64,000 nucleotides of DNA from Acidimicrobiales bacterium (GTDB taxonomy: Bacteria; Actinomycetota; Acidimicrobiia; Acidimicrobiales; Bog-793). A program made the translations under genes and the position numbers. Where the stretch lies: positions 8,097 to 72,096 of the forward strand of contig JBKQMT010000037.1 of assembly GCA_052146595.1 (NCBI GenBank), read 5' to 3'. Shown here in pieces: positions 63,731 through 64,000 of the stretch (positions are counted from its first letter, which is position 1; every line of letters starts with the position of its first letter). Below the pieces are notes generated by a model that was not told the DNA's origin, did no database searches, and saw only the letters and a program-made list of their open reading frames with translations.

Positions 63731-64000
63731 TCATTCACGGCCCGACCCTTTCGGAGAAGGGTCGCCCAGCGGTCTTGTCCGGCGCGCCGACCAGCTGGCG
63801 GGGGACCAGAGCTCGACCCGGTCGAGGACACCGACGAAGAGGACCTCCTGTTCGAGACCGGCGAGAGCGCGCAGCTCGGAGGGCACCGGCATCCGGTTCT
63901 GGCGGTCGAACTCGACCTTGGTGACGAGCGCCGCCCAGTCGCGCAGGTCGTTTCGAGCCTCGACGCCCAGGGAGTCCTTGGCGTGCTGACGCTCTGCCTC
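63731..64000 (-). CDS. mraZ: MraZ, C-terminal part (gene runs off the window)
   Basis: My translation: ...KVEFDRQNRMPVPSELRALAGLEQEVLFVGVLDRVELWSP...GRE*; position upstream of rsmH. Confidence 0.85.
   Translation of the reverse strand, partial: EAERQHAKDSLGVEARNDLRDWAALVTKVEFDRQNRMPVPSELRALAGLEQEVLFVGVLDRVELWSPASWSARRTRPLGDPSPKGSGRE

Overview
High-GC actinobacterial chromosome segment. Gene content (SepF/DivIVA with no FtsA, Nur-type regulator, type-2 IleRS, MurB inside the dcw cluster, many Liv-type lipoprotein transporters) suggests class Acidimicrobiia, which is an inference. Left part (1-12.4 kb): DUF58/transglutaminase pair, ferredoxin reductase, xseAB, a 2-hydroxyacid dehydrogenase, and a Nur-like Fur regulator divergent from a NiCoT permease, a polytopic membrane-SCO fusion and a lipoprotein. 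Middle (12.4-26.3 kb): an accessory, partly decayed region abutting the 3' end of RNase P RNA. It holds an epoxide hydrolase, an AraC-VOC-DUF1801 cassette, an intact yefM-yoeB next to a destroyed DUF433-PIN pair, an IS256-like end and a GntR-ABC-CHAP operon with a frameshifted permease. It also holds the best novelty candidate: a membrane-anchored SARP regulator fused to an extracellular beta-propeller plus family-5 solute-binding domain, divergent from a secreted double beta-propeller with 13 C-x7-C loops, with SARP-type heptamer repeats between the two genes. Right part (26.3-64 kb): mostly core genes (rnpB, hsp20, ppgK, pepA, Liv-type ABC, Rrf2, an atypical sigma-70 lacking most of region 3, rluA-lspA-dksA, ileS, divIVA-sepF) and a dcw cluster from which murF and murD are cleanly absent. 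All calls come from reading motifs by eye; no database searches were run.
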